A stretch of 64,000 nucleotides of DNA, taken from the NCBI GenBank assembly GCA_965112155.1, contig OZ218100.1; one strand, 5' to 3'. The position numbers and the translations under genes were made by a program. This document shows positions 24,457 to 36,774 of the stretch, in pieces (the first letter of the stretch is position 1; each line of letters starts with the position of its first letter). The notes under the pieces were generated by a model, which searched no databases, was not told the DNA's origin, and saw only the letters and a list, made by a program, of their open reading frames with translations. This stretch comes from Podarcis liolepis (taxonomy: Eukaryota).

Positions 24457-27400
24457 CAAATACACTACTTAAACATAGGAAGAGTCTGGTTAAAGTTGAC
24501 GAAGACTGCTCATTGTGATAGTTTGGCTGAAGCTGAGAAATTGAGTCCCAGAGAATGCAAAACTACAGGAACTTTAAGGGACAAAACGGAAAAAGTAAGA
24601 TAAAATAACACTCTTTGGGGATTATGCCTGTGATGTTGGTTTGAGAGCATCATTTAATCAGGCAGGGCAGCTTGCCAAAGAAAGGAATTTGCAATAATTT
24701 ATTAAATACTCAGCAGCATTCCACATTGTCAAAGGTTACCTGCTGTCAGCTGAATAACCCATAAAGGCAAGAAGATTTATGCAGCTGTATCTTTTTAAAA
24801 TGTTGAATATTTATCCCCTCTTAATAATTGCTAGAGGCCACTTACAAGGGAACTTATAAAACAGACCATCAGAATAGCGATTGTCAACAAAACTAACAGT
24901 AAATGTCTATCTACGAAGTAGCACCACGTGATGATTTAGATGTCACATCAGATAAGGCTCCCAGCGGTTTACAGAAACTTGCAAAAAGAGGACTTCCAGA
25001 GCTTTCTAAATCTCTGTTGAGGAAGCACATTATGCCTTACATTAAGGCTATTCCATTCATTTATTTGTCATTTAACTTCTCTGGGTGAAAGTTTAAAATA
25101 ATTTAAAAGCATAAATGGTATGCTCTATTATGAAACAGGCTGGAAACTGCCAAATAACTGCGTATAAATCTCTAGAAATGCAGCAACACACCCCTACTTG
25201 GCTGATCATCCTTCACTAAATCCTGTAAGGCCTACAGTACAAATTTTTCAACTGAGCAGCTCAACATACTCAGTGTTTTTTTGTAGCCAGAATGCGCAAG
25301 AGGGCAGTTCTGGCACCTCTCAGGTGGGTGCCATTGTGTGCTGCCTGCTTCTTGCCTTTACCCACTTCTGAGAAGTGCAAAACAAACATTTCAGGTTAAA
25401 ATGGAAGCTGGCCAGCATGTGTGAGTCTACACTTTTTTTAGATCCGTGCACGTAGCTCAGCCGCAATTGGTCAAGCTTACGGGGCAGGGTCAATTCATAT
25501 TTCTTCAATCCATCCTTTGTGTAGCTGCAGGAGCAGGCTTTAAGCTTTCCAGCCAGGCCTCTACTGTTGCACACACAGACGTTTGTGCGAGGGCCCTTCT
25601 GAGCTGCCCTAGCCACCCACCTGAATCTGAAAGACCGAGGGAGGTGGGAGCGCATTTATTTGACGTGCACCAGAATCAGGTGACCCACAAACCAGGTAGG
25701 GTGACAGCTTGCCTGAAACCCTTCTAATTCCTGGATCCAGCATGGATTCAACCTTCCTGGTGATGTTATGGCCTTCTACGTATGGGCCATCAAAGTAACA
25801 AAGGAAGTAGCTCTGTGCCAGATAACAAATGGGTACTTAGAAAGGCAAAAGACAGGGTTCAACGTTGAGTGTGTACAAGCTGGAAGTTAGGCTAAAGGGC
25901 CGCTGGCAAAGTTTGCTTCATGCACCCTCCCGGTTCCACCCTTAGCAAAGTGAGCCAACCACAGGGGATAGTGGTATGCCTGAAGGAGCTGAGGCGGCAG
26001 CAGAGATGCCGCTGGTCCCACTGCTGTTGCTGCAATCGCCACTGCCACCCTCTGCTTGGGCTTCTTCTGCAACTACGGTGCATTCATTTTCCAAGGGCAA
26101 TGATGTATGTGATGATGATGATGATGCTAGCAATTATGTGTTTCCATTAATTTAGCTCAGTGAAGCTTTCTGGGTATGTTGCTAAACTAATAAATGCATG
26201 CTTCTTTTTCAACCTTTAAATGTAACAGAGAAATTCTGGTGCTTCTTAGTTGCCTAGATGAGCTTGAAGAAGTTAAGCTTTCCTCTTGTGTAGTGATGCC
26301 TTCAAGCTTATCTGCCTTAGTCATTTTGACAGATGAAGTTTAAAGGTCAAACTGAAAATCTTACCTGCTCAGTCCTGAGTTCTGCAATGTATTGACCACT
26401 TGAGATGTGTCGCCAACCATTTTCAATCTTGCCTTGTGCTTTTATAGTGAGATGTTCATTCCAGCAAAAACCACCAAGAGCTTGTAATGTATTAAAATCA
26501 TTTTCAGTCTTGAACACACGACTCGGTTTGTTTATAACAGTGGACCTCTTGAGCACCTGAGATGTGCAGAAACACTGTACTATGTTCTCTTAACATAGTT
26601 TTTATAAAAATTGTATAAAGGTGCCTAGATAACCCTTTCTTGGAGACACAGTAAAGTTTTCTAACATTTCTGAACTAAAATCTGTTAGACTATATACTTA
26701 AACTGGAAGAATTCCATAGGCCAGGGAAATTTTAAAAAGACCTCTGTGATCCTGCTTGTTAAGCTGTGATGCTGCATATGATCTCTCTTAGCAGACTAAT
26801 TTCGATTGCTTAATAGAGTATCATCAAATGTTACTTTTTAAACACAATGGTTTAAATTGCATTCCTGCTTTAGAAATTGTTTTCCATGTCAATATACCTC
26901 AATATGAGAGAGGCACAGGCAACATCCCTGGTAGCTCTCTGTGAAAATTCCTGTGGAACCTCTTGTAGGGCATGATATCCAATGGCAGTCATACTCTGAG
27001 TAGACCGATTGAAACCAACAGCTTTAATTTAGTTAATCCATTGGTTTCACTGCATCTAATCAGATTAACCTTGGGTCTCACCCAGGATATTCAGCTTGGG
27101 TAAATGTTCAGTAAGTGAGTGAGTTTAATCAATGTTACTCCTAATATAACCAACATTGGGCATCCTGATAAGGAAAATGGTATAAGAACCTTGTAGGTCC
27201 CTGACTTTCCTTAGAGGGTGACATCAACAAGTGACTGATTAGCAATAACACATACACATGCCTGTAAGCCAAAAAAGTAGATGTTTTACTTGAGAGGAGT
27301 CTTGGTGGTAAAAGTGTACAGTACACTGTTTAGATTTGCAATTTACACTTAAATAGATAATTTTACAATATTGTATATATTTACAAACTGAAACAAAAAT

Positions 27401-27800
27401 ATTAACATGGTCCATCGTTTCTGTAATTGGAACGCAGATGTGCTCTGAAATTCCTCTTCCCATCATAGCGACACTGTTAGAATATTCTGTACTTTAAAAA
27501 TGCCTATCACATATTGTCTTTTGAAATAAAAGCATTTGTCGCTTTGCAAATTTTCATTCCTCCCTCTCCCCACTTTTTATTGTTTTGATTGACCATGATG
27601 GCCATTTTGAGGCCTGGTGAAACTGGCAGTTCAGCAGAGATTTCCACTTAGGTCTCAGTATAATAAATTGGAGAGTACATTGTGTGAATTTCATGTAATG
27701 GGAGTATCAAACAGTCTCTATTGTCACATTTTCTTGATGGACATTAATTTCATACAGTTAACACATGTCCCACCCACATGGAAACTGGCTAAAGAAATAA

Positions 27801-28091
27801 CTATGAAAAAATGGACCAGTATATCAGATTAAATAAAATGTATGCGCCTGGAAATATTATTCTGGAATACTTGTCAATGGCGTGTGTATCAATCCTCATG
27901 CTGCTGTATCTCTGGTTTTTCCTCCTGCTTGAATTCCTTTCTGAGCCAAGTGCCAGCTGAACCATCATTCGGTCTTGTTTATCTCCATTTTCAGACACAT
28001 ACTGTCCCAGTTCATTCACCTCCCCGTCACTATAGCTGCCATCCATCCCCATCAGTTGCCTTGACTGAGGTAGTGTACAAGTGCAAGGAAG
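27801..28091 (-). CDS. GABRR1: GABRR1 coding exon 10 (intracellular loop, TM4, stop TAG)
   Basis: ctacag| LPCTCTLPQ...IDTHAIDKYSRIIFPGAYILFNLIYWSIFS*; 291 nt. Spliced CDS totals 1440 nt (479 aa). Confidence 0.96.
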   Translation of the reverse strand, partial: LPCTCTLPQSRQLMGMDGSYSDGEVNELGQYVSENGDKQDRMMVQLALGSERNSSRRKNQRYSSMRIDTHAIDKYSRIIFPGAYILFNLIYWSIFS

Positions 28092-28417
28092 CTGTAGAGG
28101 AAAGAAGGAAGATAGTTGTACTCAGGAATAATCTTGATGCCTGGCTGCATAGGGTAGAAGGTCTGAAGAAGGGGAAAAACTGGCAGTTGACATATTGGAG
28201 TGTAGCAATAATGCAGGCTTAAGCTCTTTCTTCTGTCACAGATCCATAGGCGAGGACTCATCTCATCTAAGCACAGTTTCTCTTATCTGGCTATGATTTC
28301 CTGCATTATCAGCCAGGATAGCTGATATAAAGGTAAATTTGTGAAAATACACAATACAGGAGTTTGAGTTGCTCTTCCAAATGGTGAGCAGATATATGCT
28401 CGCAGAATAGGACCCTC

Positions 28418-28439
28418 TGTTGTTGTTGTTGTTGTTGTT
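28418..28439. repeat. (GTT)n microsatellite
   Basis: Direct read, about 7 units. Confidence 0.9.
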
Positions 28440-28729
28440 ATAATAATTTATATACCACCCTATACTCTAATGCAGCCGAGAAAAGGGTGGAAAGTGGAGC
28501 ACCTCCCCACTTTTGCAAGTGCTTTTCTGTTAATAGAGGGCACCAAGCCACATTCAGGCTCATTTTGTCCAATATGAGATAGTCGGTGTGCTTGTGTAGG
28601 CTGTATAGCATGAGCATTAAAATTCATGTGAAGAAACTGATGGTTTTTCCAGACCATCCTTCCTATAGTGAGTGCAGTGTTCCATCGCTGTGCCAAGACA
28701 GCTGTGAAAAATGTGATTTCCATGCTAGG

Positions 28730-28985
28730 AAATGAATTGAAAACTAGTGGGAGCCCACCAAATTGAATGAGTTTTAAAAAAGATTAGACAAATTCTATAA
28801 ACAGCTACCAGCCACGATGGCTATGTTCCACCTCCACTGTCAGAGGCAACATGCCTCTGAATGCCAGCTGCTGGTAATCACTAGTGGGAGAGTGCTGTTG
28901 CAGTCAGGCTCTGTTTTGGGGCTTTCCATAGGCATCTCAGCTGCTGTGATAACAGGATGCTGGCTATTAACTTGATCTAGCAGGG
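28730..28985 (+). mobile_element. CR1 LINE 3' fragment in GABRR1 intron 9
   Basis: Similar to 59700-60080 (TTAAAAAAGATTAGACAAATTC, GCCTCTGAATGCCAG, CCATAGGCATCT). Confidence 0.65.
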
Positions 28986-29147
28986 GGTACTCAAGGGTAC
29001 ACAGTACAGACACCTCTTTTTTGTTGTTAAAAAGTGTGGCACTTACTGTGATAACTTCATGGTGAGTACCAGCACCTATTTTTCTAGGGAAAAAAGCACC
29101 GTACACAACCATTTTATCTGCACGGCACCAAATGACGTTACATTTAC

Positions 29148-29344
29148 CTTGTCTCGCAGCTTCCGTTCCTTTCGCTCTTGCACTGTGGTCAAGTAGTTTA
29201 CTGCTGCGTACTCTAACACCGAAAGAAAGACGAATACAAAACTGACCCAGAGGTAAATGTCCACAGCTTTGATGTAGGAAACCCGAGGCATGGAGGCATT
29301 GACGCCCGTGATGATGGTAGACATGGTCAGCACCGTCGTGATCC
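29148..29344 (-). CDS. GABRR1: GABRR1 coding exon 9 (TM2-TM3)
   Basis: ctccag| [66 protein letters not shown] |gtaaat; 197 nt. Confidence 0.97.
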
Positions 29345-30926
29345 CTGGAGACATACAATAATCCGTTTGGAGATGTCATTTTGGTGACAAGTTGGCTTTG
29401 TTTACCCTAAACAGAGGGCCAAGTGTTTCATTAAGAAATGAAATGCTAGCTTGAGGTGGGCTGCTCTACCTTCTTTGAATAGTGTGCTATCATCTTCCAT
29501 TGTGTCACCTTTCTCTGGTTGTGGCCTGGTGCAAATTGTGTGCTGGATTGCATGAGCTGATGCATGGATGACCTGTGGGCTGGTGTTATAGCCCTTGGAC
29601 ACAGATTTAGACCAAGGCTGCAGTCCTAAACATATTCACTAGGGAGTAAGCTGTACTGAAAACACTGAGGTTTACTTCTGGGTTGGATTGCAGTGCAAAC
29701 CAGGAATCCAAAGCACAATTACCTAGAGGCCTCATTCAACTTAGACTCAGTTCTCTGCAGATTGTGCTGTAAACTATTCAGTCTCTCAAGGAAGGATGGA
29801 TAAATCTGACTGTTTCCAGTTTGTTTCACACATTTTAAATCTAAGCTATGATTACGTTCTGTGCCACTTCCACATTCCATTTGAAAAGTATAAATAATTA
29901 TCTAAAGGACAGGACATTCCTACATATTTAAGTTACGGATCGAAATAGCAATGATGCACAACAAGAAGGTAAATAGGCAGATGACCACAAAATGTGACAA
30001 TCTGAAGTCACAGTAGTGCATAATTACCCCTTAGCAAGGGGCCACAACCCTGTATTCGTTACCAATCAATTAATATTGGTCAGAACCAAATAGGTTTGCA
30101 TATGCAGTTTAATCACTGCTGAAAGTGTGAGCGCAGTGACCACTTTATATCCTATCCCTGTGAGTGAAGACTTTTCTCTCATCATTTACATCAGCAAAAA
30201 AAGATTTCCCTGCTTGGGCTTTGACAGAATCCTGCTTTGCACTGGCCCTATGCCGTTGACTAAAGACTTGTGAGAGAAAGAGCAAAAGGTTCAGGAGCTG
30301 ATACCGTCTCCTTTGAAGTCTATGATGTCACATGCAGTGCTGCAAATATACACTACTCAAACTCTCTCAAGATACTACACCATAAACCCCTGCCTATTTC
30401 CTAACAGGCATGAATTCATTGGACTCTGCATAGGCTAGAGAAGAGTACAACTGTAACATCAGAAGCAATGAATTGGGAAGGGAAGAGAGAACTAGGAGAT
30501 CCAAATACAAATTTAATAAATAATAATCCAGAGAAGATAATCACAGCTATGCCTACTGATGGAACCACTGAAATGTTAAAATATAATTTCCTACTTGATG
30601 CTTCATACTCTGCAAAATGTATTACTAATATTATTTCTCTATTTTATGTTGCTTTCTGAGTATTTAGCTCAGAAAAGTGACTAATAAATAAGCAACGCTT
30701 AGCCTATTTCTACAGTGCCATCCCTGAATGTGGATGCATCCAGGCCTCCACCTGCCACAGACCCCCCCCCCCCCAATGGCCAGCTAATACTCCCCCAACA
30801 AATAGGAGAAGGGAGTGAGAAAAAGTCTCAGACATTGCAACGTCACCTGCTGTTCAGACAGACCCTCCTGGATTGGCAATGCTATAAAAAGAGCAGGTCA
30901 GACACAGCAAGGTTTGGTTTGTTTAC

Positions 30927-31079
30927 CTAAGGGAACTCTTGCAGGCACAGCTCTGCGGTCTATCCAAAAGGACACCCAGGACAGCATGACCATCAGAGTG
31001 GCAGGGAAATAGGTCTGGAGTAAGAAGAAGAAGATATGCCGGCGTAAAGTGAAGTTGATGTAGAGGCGGTTGTACCAGC
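30927..31079 (-). CDS. GABRR1: GABRR1 coding exon 8 (TM1, start of TM2)
   Basis: ctgtag| GWYNRLYINFTLRRHIFFFLLQTYFPATLMVMLSWVSFWIDRRAVPARVPL |gtaaac; 153 nt. TM2 2' proline is typical of rho1 (rho2 has Ser). Confidence 0.97.
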
Positions 31080-31692
31080 CTACAGGAGACAAAGAAGGTA
31101 GAAGTCAATCACAAAAGCCCACATCCACACCAAACATTTAAAGTGATCCTGTACCACTTTAACAGTCATTGCATTCTCCCAAAAAATCCTGGGAACTGTA
31201 GTTTATGAAGGGTGCTGACCTCATATAACTACAACTATCCAAACGTTTTGCACACCTTAGATGTACTCCTGAATAATAGAGACTTCAAAACAGCAGTCCC
31301 CAAAGATGACTACCATGTTGTTTGCATGGTGGTGGTCATAGAACTTTGAAGTTTTTACTGCATAGCAACTCCTTTCTAAATAGCCTTTTCAAAACGCAGT
31401 TGCTACAGGATGAGATTATCACCCTGTTAATAATAAGCTCTCTGAATGAACCCAGTACCAAACATACTGGGTTACAGCATTGTGCACAAACCCAAATTTG
31501 GGGTTCAGGAGCACAATCTGGCATCGGCTGCTGAGCCCTTTGAAGCCCTTTGAAGACAAAGTGTGACATGATGCCACAGCAGCCTCTCTGGCAAGTCCAA
31601 AGACAGTTTCTCCAAGTAGAGATCAAACCTATTTCCATAAAAATCGACAATAATTGAGCCTTGTCCAGCCTTTATTGTCAAAATTCACTCGC

Positions 31693-31833
31693 CTGTGCTG
31701 CTATAAAAGGCAAGTTTGGTGGTAGTGTGAAACTCTTGTATGAGGAACTGGGATAGCGATATCCTCTCATCTGTTTTCAGGGAGTCGTTGCCATTCTTCC
31801 AGTACAGCATGAGATCATCTTCAGTGTAAGCAT
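31693..31833 (-). CDS. GABRR1: GABRR1 coding exon 7 (GC donor)
   Basis: ttctag| YAYTEDDLMLYWKNGNDSLKTDERISLSQFLIQEFHTTTKLAFYSST |gcgagt; 141 nt. Only the GC donor keeps frame with exon 8. Confidence 0.94.
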
Positions 31834-32782
31834 CTAGAAAGGGAGGAAATATTAACTCATTTATTGTAATGAAGCCAGTTGGCACTGTGGCCTAAGTCGC
31901 GTACCGAATGCTATCTTACTGTCAACAGATATACACCATATAGTCCAGTGACAGGATTTTATTTTCTATTTAATATGAGCTCTTATTTACTTTTCTCTCA
32001 TTTAAGTGAATAGCTGCTGTTGACATATATGAGAATAAGGAAAGGACCTGAGAGCAGAGTCTTCAACATCAATGTTGGGGGGTGGAGGACATGTATTGCC
32101 TCTGCTTCTTCGCAATTCCCAGTTTCACCTCTGAAAATATCATCCATTTCTTTTTTAATCAAGTGGAAGCAAAAGGTGGGCAGCTGTTAATTTATAAATT
32201 TTTACATTAATAATTTTACTTACTCCTTTTTTTTGCACAATGCTTTATGATCCCAGTAATTAGCCACAACAAGAGATAAGAAAACAAGGGGCACTGTACT
32301 GTCTGTAGATTGTTTGCTGGAGTATAAGCTGTAGGCTATTCCGCAACATTTATTTTTTTAAAAAACCACATAATTATTATTTTAGGCTCCTCGTCATCCA
32401 ATCTAGTCACAGACCTGCAAGGGCCATGACTTGCAGGGGCAGTAGAGGAGGGAGTTTGTACTCGGTCGCCTTTTGCAAGAGGGCTTTAACTGAAATTAAA
32501 GTAGCCACAGAGAAGAAGCAGGGTGTTTGTTCCTATATCTTTGTGAGAAAAAAAGAAAACAAGAATTGTGGGACAATTCATTGTGAGCTGTGCTCACTCT
32601 TCTTAGGGCAGCAGTACCAATTATGTGCGCACAGCACTCATGCTGAGGTGGCATAATTTCTCCAGCACACAGCTATGGAAAGCACAGGAACACCCTTCCA
32701 GAATAAAAGCACACAACCCCTATTTTGAAACAAAATGTGAGGCATCAGCATTGGGCCTTCTTCAGAGATCCCGTTTACTTAC

Positions 32783-32865
32783 AGCTTTCAATTTCCAGTG
32801 AACACGTTTGCGTGTCAAGGGGAAAGCGACTAAAATCCATGTTACACATAGCTGTTACAGTAACC
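32783..32865 (-). CDS. GABRR1: GABRR1 coding exon 6 (Cys-loop)
   Basis: ttctag| [28 protein letters not shown] |gtaagt; 83 nt; Cys-loop C-x13-C. Confidence 0.97.
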
Positions 32866-33087
32866 CTAGAAACAGAATAAGCATATTTAAAATGTCTTCC
32901 TTAAAAAGCGACATATTTTAAAAAGAAAACACAAAGCAGGAATAATGCACGTTGGATGCATGCCTAGTTTGTAACACTTTCACATGTTTCAAGGCAGTAC
33001 AATTCTTTATATATGGAGAAGTAATTCCTTTGCATTCAACTAGGCTCACTCCCTAAGGCTGTAGTCCTCTGCACACATACCTAGGAG

Positions 33088-33267
33088 CAGGGGCGCCGGC
33101 TCCTTGGGACCAAGGCACTATGGGGACCCCTATCTTTTTTTTAAGAGGGTGGGGGCCCCTCAATATTCAAAGGGCCCTATGCACGACGTCAGGACATTGT
33201 ACGATGTGTGTGACATCAAGACGTTGCGTCGGGCCCCCTCAATCATCTGGAGAAGCTGGTGCTTCTG
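33088..33267. mobile_element. hAT-like MITE nested in a ~90-bp palindromic element
   Basis: Imperfect TIR CAGGGGCGCCGGCT / AGCTGGTGCTTCTG; degenerate TSD CCTAGGAG/CCTAGATG. Confidence 0.65.
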
Positions 33268-34063
33268 CCTAGATGTCCCAATGATCCAATGGAAGTACGT
33301 CTCATTCAACATGCACAGGGTAGGCTGTGTTGACTGCACTGATTAGGGAAGAAATCACTCATGGGGGTCTTACTTCTGAATTAACAGCTCTGGCTTGCGC
33401 TGAAAAGAAGTGAACCAGATTTGTGGTGGGAGGTACCATGCTGACTTAGGAGCAAAAAAGGGTTGTCTTATACAAACCAAACTTGGCACACGTGAATCCC
33501 CAAAGCAGGACAACACTGTCAGGAGACCTTTGCCATTCTTGACTTTTGTTACAAGTTGTGAAATTGACTGATAACAAATATTATGCTTACTTATCTCTAG
33601 TGAATCTAACCCCTGACATTCCAGCATAAGGTCCACTGCTGAGCTCTGGAGCACCCTTGCCCAGCTTCTCCTTGCTGTTGCTATTGCTAAGTCTGCAAAC
33701 AGTGACAAATGCAAAAGAGAAGGAACAGCAGCACCTCATTCTGGGCAGTGTGAAGAGTGGGCCCACAGAGAGACCCAAGGGAATGAGCAGTGATGGCTAT
33801 GGCAAAGGAGAGGGTCCACTGAGAGCATCGTTCTCAAGGGCCCCTCCAAATCTGAAGCTGACAATGGCTCCGTCCACCAGATGACTCTCCATATAGACTA
33901 AGTCATCTGTTATTCTGAACTTGGATAATGTTAGTGGCACAAACTTGTGATACGTCTTGATCTGGGTTACACCCACTGAGAATTCATGCACACAGCCATA
34001 CAAGAGATGAGGTCGGCATGCTTCCAGAAGCTCAACCAAGCATTTTTGTGGATTTCTCCTTAC

Positions 34064-34287
34064 CTCAAGCTGTAAAGCACCTTCCCATCTGGCTGGACCC
34101 GGAGCATGACGTTATCTGTGGTGGTGTCGTGGATAAAGGATCGTTTGGAATGCACAAAGAACATATCCGGCACCCAGATCTTTTTCACTAGTCTGCCATC
34201 AAAGGTCATGCTTTGGTTGTTGGTACTTGGAAACGATAGCCTTTCATCTTTCCAGTAGTGTCTAAGGTAAAGTGTCATGGTGAAGTC
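34064..34287 (-). CDS. GABRR1: GABRR1 coding exon 5
   Basis: tgctag| DFTMTLYLRHYWKDERLSFP...IWVPDMFFVHSKRSFIHDTTTDNVMLRVQPDGKVLYSL |gtaagg; 224 nt. Confidence 0.97.
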
Positions 34288-34333
34288 CTAGCATAAGCCA
34301 GAAATTGAGACAGGGAAAAATTAATTCACATTA

Positions 34334-34579
34334 AAAAGGTAAACGAAAAGGACACCTGACAGTTAGGTCCAGTCGTGGATGACTCTGGGGTTGCGGCGCT
34401 CATCTCGCTTTACTGTCCGAGGGAGCCGGCGTATAGCTTCCGGGGCATGTGGCCAGCATGACAAAGCTGCTTCTGGCAAACCAGGGCAGTGCACGGAAAC
34501 GCCATTTACCTTCCCACCGAAGTGGTACCTATTTATCTACTTGCACTTTGATGTGCTTTCAAACTGCTAGGTTGGCAGG
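34334..34579 (-). mobile_element. Sauria SINE (Squam1), 5'-truncated
   Basis: Recognised body (TGTGGCCAGCATGAC, GTACCTATTTATCTACTTGCAC), ACCTTT-type tail on -, perfect 14-bp TSD ATTAATTCACATTA (34320-34333, 34580-34593). Confidence 0.88.
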
Positions 34580-34802
34580 ATTAATTCACATTACTATTTT
34601 TTAATCCATAAATATTTCTTAGACCAATGTAATAAAGGAAATAAGTTTTACACTGCAATTGTAAGATTCAGGTAGAATGGCAAAGACATCCTACAAGTGT
34701 TCGGCTGCCCCCGTTCCATAGTTAAAGATGTGCTGTAATAAATACAGCATTTTGCCATTAGAATATTGGACTGGATTTGAAACTAATGACAAATCCATGT
34801 CT

Positions 34803-34982
34803 TAGGCCACACCCAAACCATACATTTAAAACATTCTTAAACCAATCTAATAGACATGGTGCTCCCTCGCCCAAGAATCATGGGAACTATAGTTCGTTAA
34901 GTGTGCTGGGAATTGTAGGTCAGTTACCAGGATTCTTTGGAGGAAACAATGTGGTTAAAGTGTGTGGTGTGAATGCAGCCTA
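34803..34982. mobile_element. Palindromic MITE (Harbinger-like); related copies at ~31120-31270 and ~46110-46290
   Basis: TAGGCCACACCCAAACCA ... TGGTGTGAATGCAGCCTA termini; shared AAGAATCMTGGGAACTRTAGTT motif. Confidence 0.55.
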
Positions 34983-35106
34983 CGTGTTTTCCACTCAGTA
35001 ATCTCTTTTCCTACTCCTAACATGATGTCTGTTTTTCAGAGCAGCCCATTCCATAAAACCTCTTGTTCAGAAAGAACAACCATCCAAACATGGGCATGAC
35101 ACTTAC

Positions 35107-35174
35107 CATGTCAACCTCTGAAATACTGTCCAGGCTTTCAACTTGTACATCTACTCCGACAGGAATGGCAGGGC
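35107..35174 (-). CDS. GABRR1: GABRR1 coding exon 4
   Basis: ttatag| GPAIPVGVDVQVESLDSISEVDM |gtaagt; 68 nt. Confidence 0.96.
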
Positions 35175-35910
35175 CTATAAAAAACACAGCATGCAACGCA
35201 TCAGAATTGTTTATATGTTTTTAAAAGAGAACATATGAAGAAGTATTTTGCAGTAGGGCTCTCACAAAGAAGGGAAGCATGCAAAATGGTTTGCTGGCTG
35301 CCATGTCTAAGGACACAGGCAGTTACCGCACAGCAAAGGACTCCAAATCATACCTGGGTTATTTGTCATTAGCTGCCAAGAATTAACTTAGGGGTGAGCT
35401 GAACCTTCTAACAACGAAACATTAACATTAAAGAGAAGCACACAGTTGCCAGGTGAGATCACAGGCCATTTGCACCTCTGGGCTGGTTCCCAGGCAAACT
35501 AGAGGCCTTCACAGACCAGAGGACTTCAGATGTTTTAGACTACACTGCAATGCTGGCTGGTGCTGATGGGATACATAGTCAAAAACATCGGAAGAGTACC
35601 AGGTTGGCAAAGGCTGGTTTAATATGGAGCAGGTAAACCATGCATTGTGTTTTCCCTTAACTAATTACAGAGATCCTGATGCTCGCAGTGAAAGCAACAC
35701 ACAGGAGGCTTATCATTTACTCCTCCAGCAAGAGAGGATGAAGATTGAATGTGCCACCCCTACTCACAAAGTAAGAAGCACGGGGGGTCCCTTTGGGCAA
35801 ACCAATATCTAAAAAGCCAGGACATCAAAAATGAAAATGATATTGATATATACGCAAAACACTTATGGCCGATTCACACATGCAGGTTCATTACTTAGCT
35901 CTCAATTAGG

Positions 35911-36101
35911 AACATAGGAAGCTGCCTTATACCAAGTCAGACCGATGGTCCATCTAGCTTAGTATTGTCTACATAGCTATGGCTCTCCAGGATGTTAGAC
36001 AAAAAAATATCTCCCAGCTCTACCTGGAGATGGCGGAGATTGCACATGGAACCTTCTGCATCCTAAGCAGATGCTCTACCATTGAGCTACAGTCCTTCCC
36101 C
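35911..36101 (-). mobile_element. tRNA-headed SINE with CR1-like tail (Squam2-like); related copies at ~4270-4390 and ~40481-40650
   Basis: Shared motifs CATAGGAAGCTGCC...GGTCCATCTAGCT...GGAGATG...AGCAGATGCTCTACCA across three copies. Confidence 0.65.
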
Positions 36102-36774
36102 AAGTGCTATAACCACCTGTCTGCCTCCATCAATAAGTTCCATGTTCAAGGAGAAGCAAGGAGAATACGAAAACATGGTTTGAGACATTTGACACTTTGT
36201 ACAGTCATGATGTTGCAGACACACTTGTTTGAACTCAGCCAAATAGGTGTACCACTTTCCACTTTTTATACTTAGGAGATAAATATTATAATTTCTATTT
36301 CAGCAAAGATTAACTTAGTAAAATGCATACACAAATTCTACACAAGTTAATAATGCAATTACAGAACATGAGATTTGCTAAAAGCATAAAGGTCCATGAA
36401 CAGTGCTGGACAAAAAAAACAACAACAAAAAACCCTCAACCTTTTACAACTAATTGAACTTGTATTGTGCATATTGCGCATGTAGTAACAATAAGCTTCC
36501 CTCATCAAGGGGTAAAATAGTACCGGTAGTTTGGATTTGAATGACCATCTGTCAGCCAGGAAAGGGTAGATAAATTACAACATTCTTTAATCTGGTGGGG
36601 CATAAGAAAGCATGTTTTCCTAATCCTCTGTCCTAAAAGCTTGGATTTTGTATAGCACGCAACCACAATGCTGGAAGTAAAACATTAACCTGGAGCAATC
36701 TAAAATATTCTTTCTGTAGTGAAAATGCTAGGTCAGCAAAATGGTGCATTAGTTGATGACATATTATATATATT

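Noticed and set aside
25920-26130. CAG/GCT/GAT-rich stretch giving poly-Q/C/M-like ORFs
   Set aside because: Short degenerate trinucleotide runs with no splice-supported exon.
28840-29379. 179-aa alternative-frame ORF over GABRR1 exon 9
   Set aside because: Shadow frame that runs into intron and a CR1 fragment.
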